In this document: positions 49,302-61,647 of the stretch, piece by piece
How the letters are laid out: every line of letters begins with the position of its first letter
Position numbering within the stretch: the first letter of the stretch is position 1
NCBI GenBank assembly: GCA_964035545.1
Contig: OZ037769.1
Location: 9,074,129 to 9,138,128 of the forward strand
Direction of reading: 5' to 3'
Source of the DNA: Bugula neritina
Lineage: Eukaryota; Animalia; Bryozoa
DNA length: 64,000 bases
Notes under the pieces: generated by a model
Databases searched by the model: none
Told to the model about the DNA's origin: nothing
Seen by the model: the letters and a program-made list of their open reading frames with translations, nothing else
Program-made: the position numbers and the translations under genes

Positions 49302-50500
49302 GTGTATTTATTCTTACTTGTAAATAAACTTCTTCCTGTGTTCACCATGGGTTTGCCTTGTCGTGTTAGAGCTGCTTTTAATTTTGCACAAATATATGTT
49401 CATTTATTTAAAGGTATTACCAAGTTGAAAATATTGAGCAGGCTTAAATTCTTATAACTTTTTAATGTAGTTAGAATTTTGTCTCACTTTTTAAGTCAGA
49501 ATGTCTATTAAAATATTATATCAACATGATATGTAAATATATCACGCAACATAATAATTGCGTGTATGAGTATAAACAACAAGAGTAGAATACCCTAAGC
49601 ATGATGTGCGAGTCAAACATCAAACTTGAGCGCTTTCAGATTGTTAATGCATAGCGGTAGTTTTAGGCCCTCCTCAATGATCATTCAGAAACCATTACTT
49701 GGGTAATTACCCAGTCCTGGGTAACTACAGTAGTTTTACTACATTCTTGAAATGGGAGAACAACTAGTGATGGAACATGTAGTTACCCTCAGAATGCATC
49801 AATTTATCAGCTCATGAAAGGCTCTTTGGTGTAGCAAAAGTTCAGTAATTCATGAATTGATCCCAGTAAAATATCCTCCAAATAGCTTACAAATTGTTTT
49901 AAAGACCGTATATTAACAGTTATAATTGTGTGATTGGTTGAATTAAACTCAAATATTTATAATATTTCTTCTTATCCCTAGGTTTAGATTAGTCTTATAG
50001 TTAAAAGTATAGTACATAATGGTAATGGTATAAGTAATGTATCTGGTAGTGATATTACCTATGTAATAGGAAGGGGTTAGTATCACTCTGTGGGCTCTTA
50101 GCTTTTAGTGTAATTTGAAGTCTTGGGTTTGGGTAATTGTATACATGCATGCGTGTGTGTATGTAACTTTAAGCATGTTTATCTAGGTTTTAATTTGCTT
50201 CAGTTCTTCACCTAATAGTAGTACTGGTGAGATCAGTATTAGTAGGCATGGGTATGATACTTGGCTAAAGGAAGAAGCTTGTTGACTCCCATTTATTAAG
50301 ACACTTACTCATTCATTGTGACAGTGAATGCCAGAGACACTCTGACTATGCCATTAACACTATTTTAGCACCAACTCTCAATACAGTGTTGCAATTTATA
50401 TTGTCATTGTGATTGCAGTTTCTAGTTCCTACATGAAAGTAACACCGGTCCTACTTAGTTGGCACCATCAATAGCAATACCGAGACGGAGTGAACTCAAA

Positions 50501-53500
50501 ATGAGACTATACATGTTTTCCATCATACTCTTTCTATCAGAGGTAGCAGAGACAATTGACATAACGTCAGCTACTCAAAGTTCTGCATTTACTGCCAGCG
50601 TAACTCTAAGTCATGGTGGCTCACTGAGAGGACTGACTACTGTATTTCAAAGTGTGCCAGTAGATGTTTTCTTAGGTAAGACTTGTATTCCAAATATGCA
50701 CTCAGCATGTTGTCTTGTAATACTGTTACGGAGTGTGCTTGTCAGTTGTCAATATAACTATGAATATAGTATTAGACATTAATAATGATAAATGTCCACC
50801 TTTTATATGGCTCCTAGTTTTGACAGGCTCTTTTAATTCACTCTATTACTGTTAAAATTGGCTGCGTCTTCATCTCCTTCTTCACAGGCATGTTCAGACC
50901 ACTCTAACCTTCTACACCTCATCACATCTTTCATTAGCATTATTCTCACTTCTAATGTTATTTACTTGTTTATTTAATCTTCCTTTACACCTTTTTTAAT
51001 ATATCTAGCATAATGTTTTTGGACTAGACTGCATTAACATATGCCAATGTAGAATTTTCAAATTGACTAGTATCTTTTCATCACAGTGTGATCGAAAGTG
51101 TAATTTATACCATTTTTTCTTTGCCTCAGTATGTTGAGTTCAACCTCTTTCCCCATCCCCCTCTTGGTGAATAGCCCTGCTGAGATATTTCTACGGAATA
51201 TACCTGAGAATAAATTTCTCTATCTCATAGTTGCACTTCTTTACATCCCGATGTTGCCAACTTCTGCTGTTGTTTGTGAATATTTTAACTTTGTTCTGCT
51301 CAGTTTCAACCTGACTCTCTCTCTATCCTCTCTCTACGCTGCAGAACTCTTTCCCAATATTCTCAACTGTTATAATATAGAACGAAATCTTCCACACTGT
51401 AGGTTCATCTATAGGATCTAGTGAATTCTATTAAGAGTTATTCACAGGTATCTGTCATATTCTACCATTCCATCATATTAGCTATGTCTCTATGTGCTCG
51501 CTATTGCTATTGTCTTCTTTTTAGTCAATTTTTAGGTATTAGATATGCAAAGCCACCCATTGGCGAGTTGAGGTTTAAGAAACCCGAACTGTTTCCTTTT
51601 TGGGAAGGAGTGAAGAATGCCACTAAAATCGGGAATAAGTGTCCTCAGCTTGGACCTGGTAGGTGTTATTGTATAACGTATTCAGCTGTTGGTTATTGAA
51701 GTTCTTCATTTTTCTATTTCTAGTTTTTACTTTTATTGATTTAATTTTCTTGGTCAGACAGTATAGAATAAATTTTTATATTAATATATAGAGCTTCCCA
51801 TTACTACTATTTTGACCTTTCAATCTGTCGTTACATCTGAAATTTGGTTTCTCGTTTACTGGTGTATATATAAATCTGACAATTCTGGAACAAAACTTCG
51901 ATTGAGTAAAATACGATGTTTTATGACTAGTTTGCTTTCATGCACAACTTTGACAATTTTGTTTTCGTGCAACACAAAGTTTTATGTACTGTGAATTTAT
52001 ATTTTGTGATGTAGGCAGGTAAAGATTTTCAAAAGAACAATATTCCATTCACAGATCATACTTCCTATCACCATTGCATTTTCCTGGTGCACATATTAAT
52101 GTATTATGTAATTTTGCTGTTTGAAATTTTCTGTTACCATATAAAACCTTTAATTAAATGTTGCATTTTTGAATCTTGTTTTACTATTTTTCAAATCACT
52201 GCTATAGTTGGTTTTTGCAAGGCATGCTTATAGGACATAGACGGTCTTCACCGTCTAGTCTTTATTCTTGTATTTTTAACTCGCATTGCTTTAAATGTGC
52301 GTATTGTATTAAGGGTCATATTTTTATTAGGCCTTCAACGGTTTCAGGTAATATAATGACTACTTTTTAGGTGGAGTGGACGGAAGTGAAGACTGTCTGT
52401 TTATGGATATTACGGTGCCACGACAAGGGCCACCAGGGGAAAAGAAAGCAGTTATGGTGTGGATACATGGTGGTGCTTTCTCATTCGGTGCTGGCTCTAC
52501 ATTCATTGGTACTCCGTTGGCAGTAATGGGGGATGTTATTATGGTAACATTCAACTACAGATTAGGAATGTTGGGGTTTCTTTACGATGGGCTAGGTATG
52601 TGTAGTTATACTACAACAAATATATATTTTTTGTTGTGGTCACTGGTCAGTAATTTTTTGCAAAGTTTTCTCAAAATTCTGAATTTTTTGCTAAAAAATG
52701 TATTTCTTAGCAAATATTTTATTTTTGATTGAGTAGCTACAGTTTCAATACCTTATCCTTTATTGATATGTACTGCTACTCCTTCATTTACCAAATATAT
52801 GTGGTAGCAGAGTTATGAGCTGTGTGTGTGTGCCTTTAAGTAACCTGATGTTCAGGACAGTGCTATGACTAACAGGAACTGGAAACTATGGTCTCTGGGA
52901 TCAAAGAGCTGCGCTGGTGTGGGTTAAGCAGCATATTGAGAGGTTTGGTGGAGACCCGAACAGAGTGACCATCTTTGGCCAGTCTGCAGGTGGAGGAAGT
53001 GTGTCAGCACAGATTGTGGGTCAGCATAGCGAGGGGCTGTTCAAGAGAGCCATTACTCAGGTAGGAGTAAACTGGTGTTATTTTAATATTCAACTTTATC
53101 TATAAAACTTTGTATTTTTACAGCATATTTTAGCCATGTTTTTCTAGTTGAAACTGCTCAAGTATATAATAATTATAGATACTTTTGCAAAGTATAATTA
53201 CTATCTATTGTTGACCAATATAATTTAAGAGCAAACAATGAAATTTAAAAGTTGAAATTGTCATATAGAAGCACTATTGCCTGGTTTACCAAAAACCCTG
53301 GCAACCTGAAATTATGCATGTGTGTTGTAGTATTCAGCATAAGGATACTAAGATTCAGTTCTAAAATTTATGTGATAACCCTGCCAGGTGCAGCAATGGA
53401 GATATAATTTTGATTTTACTTTGTTTAGATTTATCCTAAACTCTTTTATTAGACTTCAGCTTTGTGTGCTTTAGATGCTGTCAAAACCAATGCTTCAGGC

Positions 53501-56499
53501 AGCGCAGTGTGACTGTTTTCTATACTCGTCTCTCACAGCACGCGATACATTTGAAATTCATTAAGACATAACTTTGCAAAATGTATGCGACATGCTCTAT
53601 TTAGTCAGGCACGCTGTATCAACTTCTACCTCATATGAAGAGTCGGATACAGGAAATGGTGGAGTCAGTAAAGAAACACACTTCCTGTACGTCTGCTAAG
53701 GTGTATGAATGTTTGACTCACATGACTCCCACTCAGCTACTCACCACCATTTCTCTGGATCCCTCCCAGAACTTCTGGCATCCTGTGTCTGACAATGACT
53801 TCTTCACCACTGATGTTGATGACTACAGCTACAAGTTGGGACAGAGGTAAAAGGTCATTAACAAGTCTTATTAAAGCTCGTTGTAAATTCACTAACTGTA
53901 GGTTGAATTTATCTAAATGTATTTTGATCTAGTCTACAATATCAAATTCTCTAATAAATAAATCAAGTACTTACTAAATGCTATTGGAAATCTTATTGAA
54001 TACAACTGTCATTATTAATCAGCACAATCATTCAACTCCAGTATGAAATAAGTTGTTTATACTACATGCAGCCTTTTGGTGTGGTGACAGATCAATTATG
54101 ATACCTGTATGGTGTTTAATTACTGTTTGCTAGCACAGTTACATCGCTATAATATATTTTAATTTTTAGATAGTCTGTTACCAACCATTTCGGAATGGTC
54201 TATATTCTTCATTTTACTGTTTGATATTAAATAATGTACTACAGTGACCGCTTATGAATTTTGCAAATTTTAATCTTGGAGAAATATTTTGCAGATTTGA
54301 TCTAATGTCTGGAATAAATGAACAAGATGGAGGGATTATTTTGGGTACTGACACTACTCCATTTGCTGCTGCTCTAAACATGACTTTAGATGGCGGTATC
54401 AGCTTAGAGTTTGCTCGTCAGTATTTGAACAATCGATGTCCTACTTGGTTCACTCCATTCTCACCAGAACTCTGTACTGAGTTTGTTGTGAATACTTTTG
54501 GTTTGGATTCTACCGATGACGATAAGGAAAGATTAATCCGTTTGGTGGCATTTCTCAGTAAGTTTCAGTGTCAACCAGAACTGGTAGTCCTTATAAACTT
54601 TTGCACACTGTGTTGAATACATCATTATCATTACGTTTCCATGATTCCCATTATTCGAATGGATTTTTTATTCGCCTCATGGAAATAGTTGCATCAAAGC
54701 AAAGCCGCAAGCACAAGTTAATGCAAACTGCAAACACAAATTAATACGTTCAGGCATTTATCCGCATAATATGCACGTTATGGAAATGCCGTAAATATGT
54801 GTTTGCGTGTGTAGTGTGCTCACACGTGCCTGTGTGTGTGGGCGCGCAAATGCGTGTGTATGTAACGTAACTATTCAGTGAAGCAGCATTCAATACCTCA
54901 ACGTTGTTACACTCTGCTATCCAGATGAAGCTTTCTTCAATGCTGATACTCTCAATCAGCTGGAGCAACATAGTGGGGGAGATAAGTCTACATATGCCTA
55001 CTACTTTACTGAGCTGCTACCCTCTGTACAGGCTTTCTGGAAGGTCCCTGATTGGCTTAAAGTGGCTGCAGATCATGGTGATGAGTTGGAATTCTTATTT
55101 GGAGGAGTATATTATAAAGAGGAAAACAACTCCCTTTGGAACTGTGAGTATTTCAGCTGCAATAAACTTGGTGAATAGTAGACACCACAGCAACATTTGA
55201 GTTATATAGAACAAGTTTCAGTCACATGTAAAGTATTGATTCCAGTAGAATTTACTGATATTTCTTGGTGGGTATTTTCCATACCCATACTTATAGCACT
55301 TTTTGAATAGCATGTAACTGGTTTTACAGCTATACCACTCTTATGTCTCAAGACAATATATTGTGAATTAGAGAATACTGTGGTCATAATCAGTATTTTA
55401 TTTCTCCTTTTTTATGTTAACAGCAATCATGGATGCAGATCCACTAATGAAATTACTAATAGTTGGTTCCACGGGTGAATCTGACAAACCACTTATTAGA
55501 AAGGTTATGACAATGTGGACAAACTTTGCCAAGACAGGGTGAGGTTCTTTCATTTATGTTTTAAAATAAAGTCAATCCAAGTAGATAATATATCAGCTTT
55601 TTAAGCTAGCCTGGAAGAATCAGAAACGGTCTCAGTGATTTTTAGTTTCTATCATAGCTTTTTTCTAGTTTTTAATAATTCTTGTCAATAGAAATTTACA
55701 CAGACATAATATGCTAAATATGGAGTTTATACAGCTATAAAATGAAGTTAGTTTTGACCTTGTTTCCCTCCCATGCTCCTATCCCCTTGCTCTTTCACTT
55801 TTAAACTTCACTCGCTGAGATTATTTTGTTGTCATTGCCTACAGATGTGGATTATCTATTAACTTGAAACTGTTTAGTGCTGGATGACCAGCCAGAATAT
55901 TATTGTGATTGTTGTAGTCAGGATACCAAAGAGTGTTTAATCTATGTATTTACTGTTTAGAAATCCTAATAAGCCAGTAGAATTCTCTGGAAATGATGTG
56001 GAATGGCCTCAGTTTGCAACTCAAGCTAGTAGCTTCTTGGAGATAAACAGTGAAAGTATGCGAGTAATCACAGCCCCAAATAGAGAGAGACTTCACAAAA
56101 TAAGAACACATTTATTTTCTGCTAGGAGGAGGCAGTTTTCTGTAGATATTCCTGCAAAGCAAGGTGAGAACATGGGCATAGAGTTATATTGAACATGTTT
56201 GATAAATTCAAGTGAAGTGAATGTGCAGATTCTTTTTTAATATTTCACTTTAATACCACGGAGTAAATACTTATAGGCAATTAGGGTAAAATAGCCAACT
56301 TTGTTACACATTTTGTGGCATATTTGCTGTATTTTATTTTATGTGGCCTATAAAAGAAGCTAGTTGTGGATCTGGCATATAGCTCTGCTAAAACTCTGCC
56401 TGGTACAATTTCTAGGAATGTTGTGTTATTCAGTTTCTTTTTCTCCCAGCAGATAATATCAAAGGGAAAAGTAAGAATATGAAGCATGAAGAGCTGTGA
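50501..56499 (+). CDS. Type-B carboxylesterase (carboxyl/cholinesterase family), signal peptide and C-terminal HEEL, 10 exons
   Basis: [70 protein letters not shown]^NPN; last exon ..MKHEEL*. Confidence 0.93.
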
Positions 56500-57771
56500 T
56501 CTGTTGCTCAGCATGCAGGTGCTGTTATACAGCCTGCAGTTGTTTAATTAACTTTTAGCTCTGTGCAAACATAATATTAACACTAAAATTGTACTAAATG
56601 TGAAAATTTAAAGGTTACAGCATCTCTATAAAATGATTTACCGATTTTAGTGCTCTTTTAAATATAGTACAGATTTTACTCTTTGATGGGGACTAGAATT
56701 TATGCATAATAGTTGTCGTGAAAGCTAAAAATTGTTTTCTAACACCATGAAAAATCTTTATTGAAATTTTTTTACAATACATTCATATAAATTGCTCATG
56801 TATAAGGTTCATTTTTTTATGATATTTCTAAATATGTTAATGCCTTTCTTGTAAACCTCAACATTAACAACTAATCTAATCCACACTGTATTTTTAAATG
56901 GTACCTTTTATTAATAGAAATATATACAAATTTGAAATTACTACAAAATACTCGCAGTGTTTGCTGTTGCAACTGTAACATTCATAACTTATTTTTCAGT
57001 TGAAATGCTAAAATGCGTTAGTAGTAGGTGCACCTAACCTATCGCTTTAACTGTAATTTATTGAATTGTTGTATTCAGCCTTTTCACTCCCTTAAGTTTT
57101 CAATATATACCTAAAGGCTAGTTCAAATTAATTATGGATCAGTTAATATGCCAAAAGTCTTAAAAACATAATGGGATTCAGTTGATGCAGAATTAAATAT
57201 CATTCCTAGCAGTTGCAGTCATATGCATATCCATAGAAGATTAGGAGTTATCTACCTCATTTCAACAGGAGGTTTTTATTGTTCCAACTGTTCAGCATAG
57301 CTGGACACTGGCAACTTGGGACTAACAACTAATTACAAACTATTTATAGTGGACAAATTTAGTCATTGTTCATCTCCAATATAAACCAATGCTAGGTGTC
57401 TAGCAGCACAATTAATAAAATAACAACCAAGGGCAGGTGTTCGCACTGCTCTCAATCTCACAGCTGTCTCTTTATTTCCATCAGTAAATACCAACAACAC
57501 CAAAAAATATATTTTAATAAAAAGAAAGTACACTAAAATAAAAAATTTACAGACTATGTTTTCCATTAGCCTAGACCATCTTCAAGTAGCATTTTCAGAA
57601 AAATAGCATATGACTTGAAATTGTAGCACCCAATGTCAAAACCACGCTAAAACTTCAAAGTTAAGGATATATATAGTAAAATGCCAGAAAATAAACATGG
57701 CTGTACTTACATGTATTGTTAAAAAACTTAACTAATTATTAGAAGATTTTATTATACACATTAATTAATAC

Positions 57772-59601
57772 CTAACTATTTACAACTTTTTTCTCGCTCT
57801 CTCTCTTTCTCTCTTGCTTCCAAAGCCACTGGTGATACAGATTGAGCTTGTGGTCTTTAGGTAACACCTAGTACAAGAGCAATAATCAACTAAAACATCA
57901 CTGGTTTTTAAGTTGTCAGTTAAGCAGCTACAAAACTTAATTCTCAGAAACTTTCATGTTCCAAATCTTTGTTAAGCTTGTTAGCTAATATAACAATAGG
58001 TGTTCAATGTCTTAATTAAAGTTCCATGTTACTGAATTTATACTAATGAAGTCAGACCTATCAATTTACTTTAATTTCATAGAAAATCAAGCTTATATTA
58101 TACTACATTTAATACTTTCCCAAATGATAAATAACATGCTAACAAGTAAGTAGTGGAAGCATAAATTATTGTAAAGAAACATATAGTAAACATCAACTGG
58201 TCAAGTCAGGACAACAGCCCTGTAATCTACAAGTGTAATAGTAAGCCTAACCTCTCTCCATTCATTGACACAAAATATTCTGTAAGAATCATTGCCGTAT
58301 TTGCCAATACCATAAAGTTCAATAGGATATCTCCACTTCTTCACAAGATATTCTTCTGAAATAATTTTAGAAAGTTTAAAAACATTCAAGTAACTTATAA
58401 GAATTAAAGGAGTGACTATGGGGTTTAACCTAACCCCCCCCCCCCCCCCCCCGTCACTCCTGTATGGAGATGATAAACATGCATGTTAAACATGCATGTT
58501 TATCATCTTTAATACCTAAATTGTTTAGCATGGCTTAAGAGCTAAATCACTACCGATGGAGTTCAGCTGACATTAGCTAACGAAATAATTATCGGTTTAG
58601 GTAATTTAATGCGGCCAATGGGTAGCTTTTCATTTTCTGCTAATAGACAGTTATTTAAATAAAGTTTGAGGGAAAAATTTCCAGTTTCCATATTAAAAGT
58701 TGAAACAGCCTATATAACAACAATTTTTATTTGCTACCTTCAAAGCCATCCTATTTAGAGGTTGGTAGCAGTCAATCAAGGACGATTTTAAGTTAGTATT
58801 GCTAACGTGAACGTATGCCATGTATTTCAGCAGGCTACTTACTTGAAAACCGTATTAGAGAATTGGCTCTTAATCTGTTCAAACCCAAGGGCTGTAGTAA
58901 CTCAATAATCAATTGAACCTTTTCTTCCACAACACTTTGAGCATTTGGAAACTGCTCAAAGAAATCCCATAGCGTAGGTAATGCACGAGTACCTAAACTC
59001 AAGAAAACATACAAAAGTTAAACCAATATAACAATAAATCATCAAGTTATAATAGCTGAAAACAAAAACAAAGAATACTCAATAATGCAGTTTATATATT
59101 ATACATATTGATTATTGGTGCAAAATAAAAAAAAAATTCACAATCGTATTATTAATTTCTATATCAAATTAGATTTAATACTTCACCTCCTGTTCTGTTT
59201 AGAAAAATAGTAGCCACTAGAAGCTTCCAAGGGTCATGAAAAAGTGTCTCTTGTATTAAATTGTAAGGAGACTTTGGAGGTATCCACTTCTGTTGCTGAT
59301 TTATCAGTTTCAACGGTTGTAGAGAAGAAGAATCATTATCCATTGAAAAAGAGGAATTGCTAGTAACTGGAGAGGCATTCTGTAAACTGTCACAACTGCT
59401 AAACTCTTCACCATACTTGAATACGCCAAGTGTCCTTTTGGTATTTGCTTTCAGATTTTCACAACTTCTCGATTTCTTATTTTCTGAATCTCCTGGTTTT
59501 TGAACTGTAGTCAAGTAACCAGAATCTGGACGCTTATTAAACTGTCTTGATCGACTTGGAAGATTGTAGTGGCATTGTGTGGAATGACACTCACCATACA
59601 T
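57772..59601 (-). CDS. MBD4: MBD4-like HhH-GPD thymine/uracil DNA glycosylase (4 exons seen; start tentative)
   Basis: [79 protein letters not shown]. Confidence 0.92.
58408..58508. repeat. Poly-C stem-loop plus 41-bp palindrome (collapsed TTAA-MITE ends) in an MBD4 intron
   Basis: AGGAGTGAC..C-run..GTCACTCCT, then AGATGATAAACATGCATGTT-A-AACATGCATGTTTATCATCT; TTAA on both outer sides. Confidence 0.75.
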
Positions 59602-60098
59602 GTCATGTTATGTTCTGCCTGCTTCCAACTTTTACCTGGTCCTGACTATTCGCCCTGTAATGTAAAGCCTGAATATTTATTTGAAGGTCTTTACTGCATA
59701 GCGCAGCATTTTAAACTCATTATGGAATACAAATTGTTACAAAAGTTTTTAATTCATGCTTTCAGAAAATATGTGCAGTAACTAATATACTCGAATATTA
59801 CATAAGTGTTCTGTAGCTCTAGCTCATAAAGTCTAAAGCCTAAATATAACGCAGCTAGACCTCTCAACTGGAAACAAACATACCAATTAAAAAAGGTGAC
59901 AACTCCAGCCAAACATTTATTACTAACCATTAGAATTGAACAATCTAACTCCTTAAATATTATAAATATTTTAGAACACAAATCTGCCATTTAACACTTC
60001 CACTCAATACTCATGGAATCCAGGACACTGTGGGTTTATGAATGAATAAAATATTCACATATATCTTAGCTATCATCTACTAACTGTTTAAACTTTAA

Positions 60099-60353
60099 AG
60101 GTTGTATGCCTAAACAATATTGTTGTACAACAAATTTTGTGCAAACAGATAAAGTTTCAAGTTAAAAGTTTGAACTTTAAACTTTCAAGCCAGCTCAGTG
60201 TTGTGTTGTGTTGCATGAGAGCATGCGATGAAAGTTAGCAATAACTAGTATTAGTTTTATAGCCCCTGGACTCTAGAGCCAATAGAAAAAGTCACTTGCA
60301 AGCAATCAGAAATCCCAACAAAAATAAAAACAATTAATTGGGCATACAATCCT
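60099..60353. mobile_element. Degenerate TTAA-type MITE
   Basis: TTAA-AGGTTGTATGCC ... GGCATACAATCCT imperfect TIRs. Confidence 0.5.
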
Positions 60354-60639
60354 CAAACAGCCTGCAGATGATAACTAATCTTAAAAGAAAACATAAGAAA
60401 AAATGAAGGGTATGATGTGGTGATCAAGAACTGAAGCAAAACCTGAGCTCTGTAATCCAGAAGATAAATACACATAGCATCAGTGCAAGAAAAAAAACAG
60501 AAAAGAGTGCTTATAACAACCAAAGCATTTACAAAGAAATGTAAACATTACAACTCCAGCAGCACCAGACATGGAGGGGTAAAGGAAGGGTAAAGGTTAC
60601 AGAATCGGATTCGGATAAGAGGCTAAAGGAGGTAGAGCG

Positions 60640-61645
60640 AGTAAAGGCTGCCGTGTTTTTGTCAGAAGAGAAGGGAATGGCTATTTCTGATACATTTGAT
60701 ATCTATATTGATGACTTACAATATGGATACCTCATCACCAAGTTCAAAGCGCATTTCTATGGCGGAAAAAATAAGCCTATCTTGAGACACATATCTTTGA
60801 ATTTAGACAACAGCAGGGAGAGAAACTCTCGGAGTTCACACGGCAGGTCATCAAAAACTCCCATTCTTGTAAGAACACCGGCAGTTTGTATGCTTCTCAG
60901 GGTGGAGAGGTGGACGGCAGAATTCATCACAGCTGACATCCGATAGAGAAGGAGGAGTGGCAAACCTAGGCTTTACATCACACCAGAAGCACCTCAAAAC
61001 CTTCCATGTACACTGGAGATATTACTATTTACTACTTGACTTATTTTTTGTGAATCAGGATGGGAAAGTGCAGAAAGTTCAAATAGTAAACCAAAAAAAC
61101 GTTGGGATGATGCCAAGCCTTTAGCCCTACAGGTACCAAAAAAGCTACCAATTTGCCTGAGAGAAGCATACTACATAAAGGATACCAGGGAATAGAAAAG
61201 TGCAGCCGATGTGCCAAAGAATGCAGGTGGTGGCCAGAGATTAAAGCAAACATTATACAATTTGTAAACAACTGCAACCATTGTATCCAGACCCAACCTA
61301 TAAACAACTACCTGCTGAAAACCCAAAATACCATACCATAAGGCTGGAATGGACTTGTTTGAGTACATAAGTAAGGATTATTTACTTTTAGTTGACTACC
61401 TCTCTAGATGGATAGAGTGCTATAAGTTGTCAATAAAACATCGAAGTCGGTCATCAAGAAAATGAAGTGTGCTTGCACGTTTTGGCATTCCTTAAAAGTT
61501 AAGGTCGGCCAATGGGCCTTGTTTAGCTCCAGATATCTTTAAAAACTTTGTAAAAGAGCAGAAAATACAGCACGAGACAAGTAGTTTGCACCATCCAGAA
61601 GGCAATGGACTAGTTAAAAGGATTTTTCAAACCGTGAAAGGCAGG
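60640..61645 (+). mobile_element. Decayed Ty3/gypsy pol fragment (RNase H to integrase)
   Basis: LHKGYQGIEKCSRCAKECRWWPEIKANIIQFVNNCNHC zinc-binding domain; GMDLFE..YLLLVDY.SRWIE integrase core; many stops. Confidence 0.85.
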
Positions 61646-61647
61646 TG

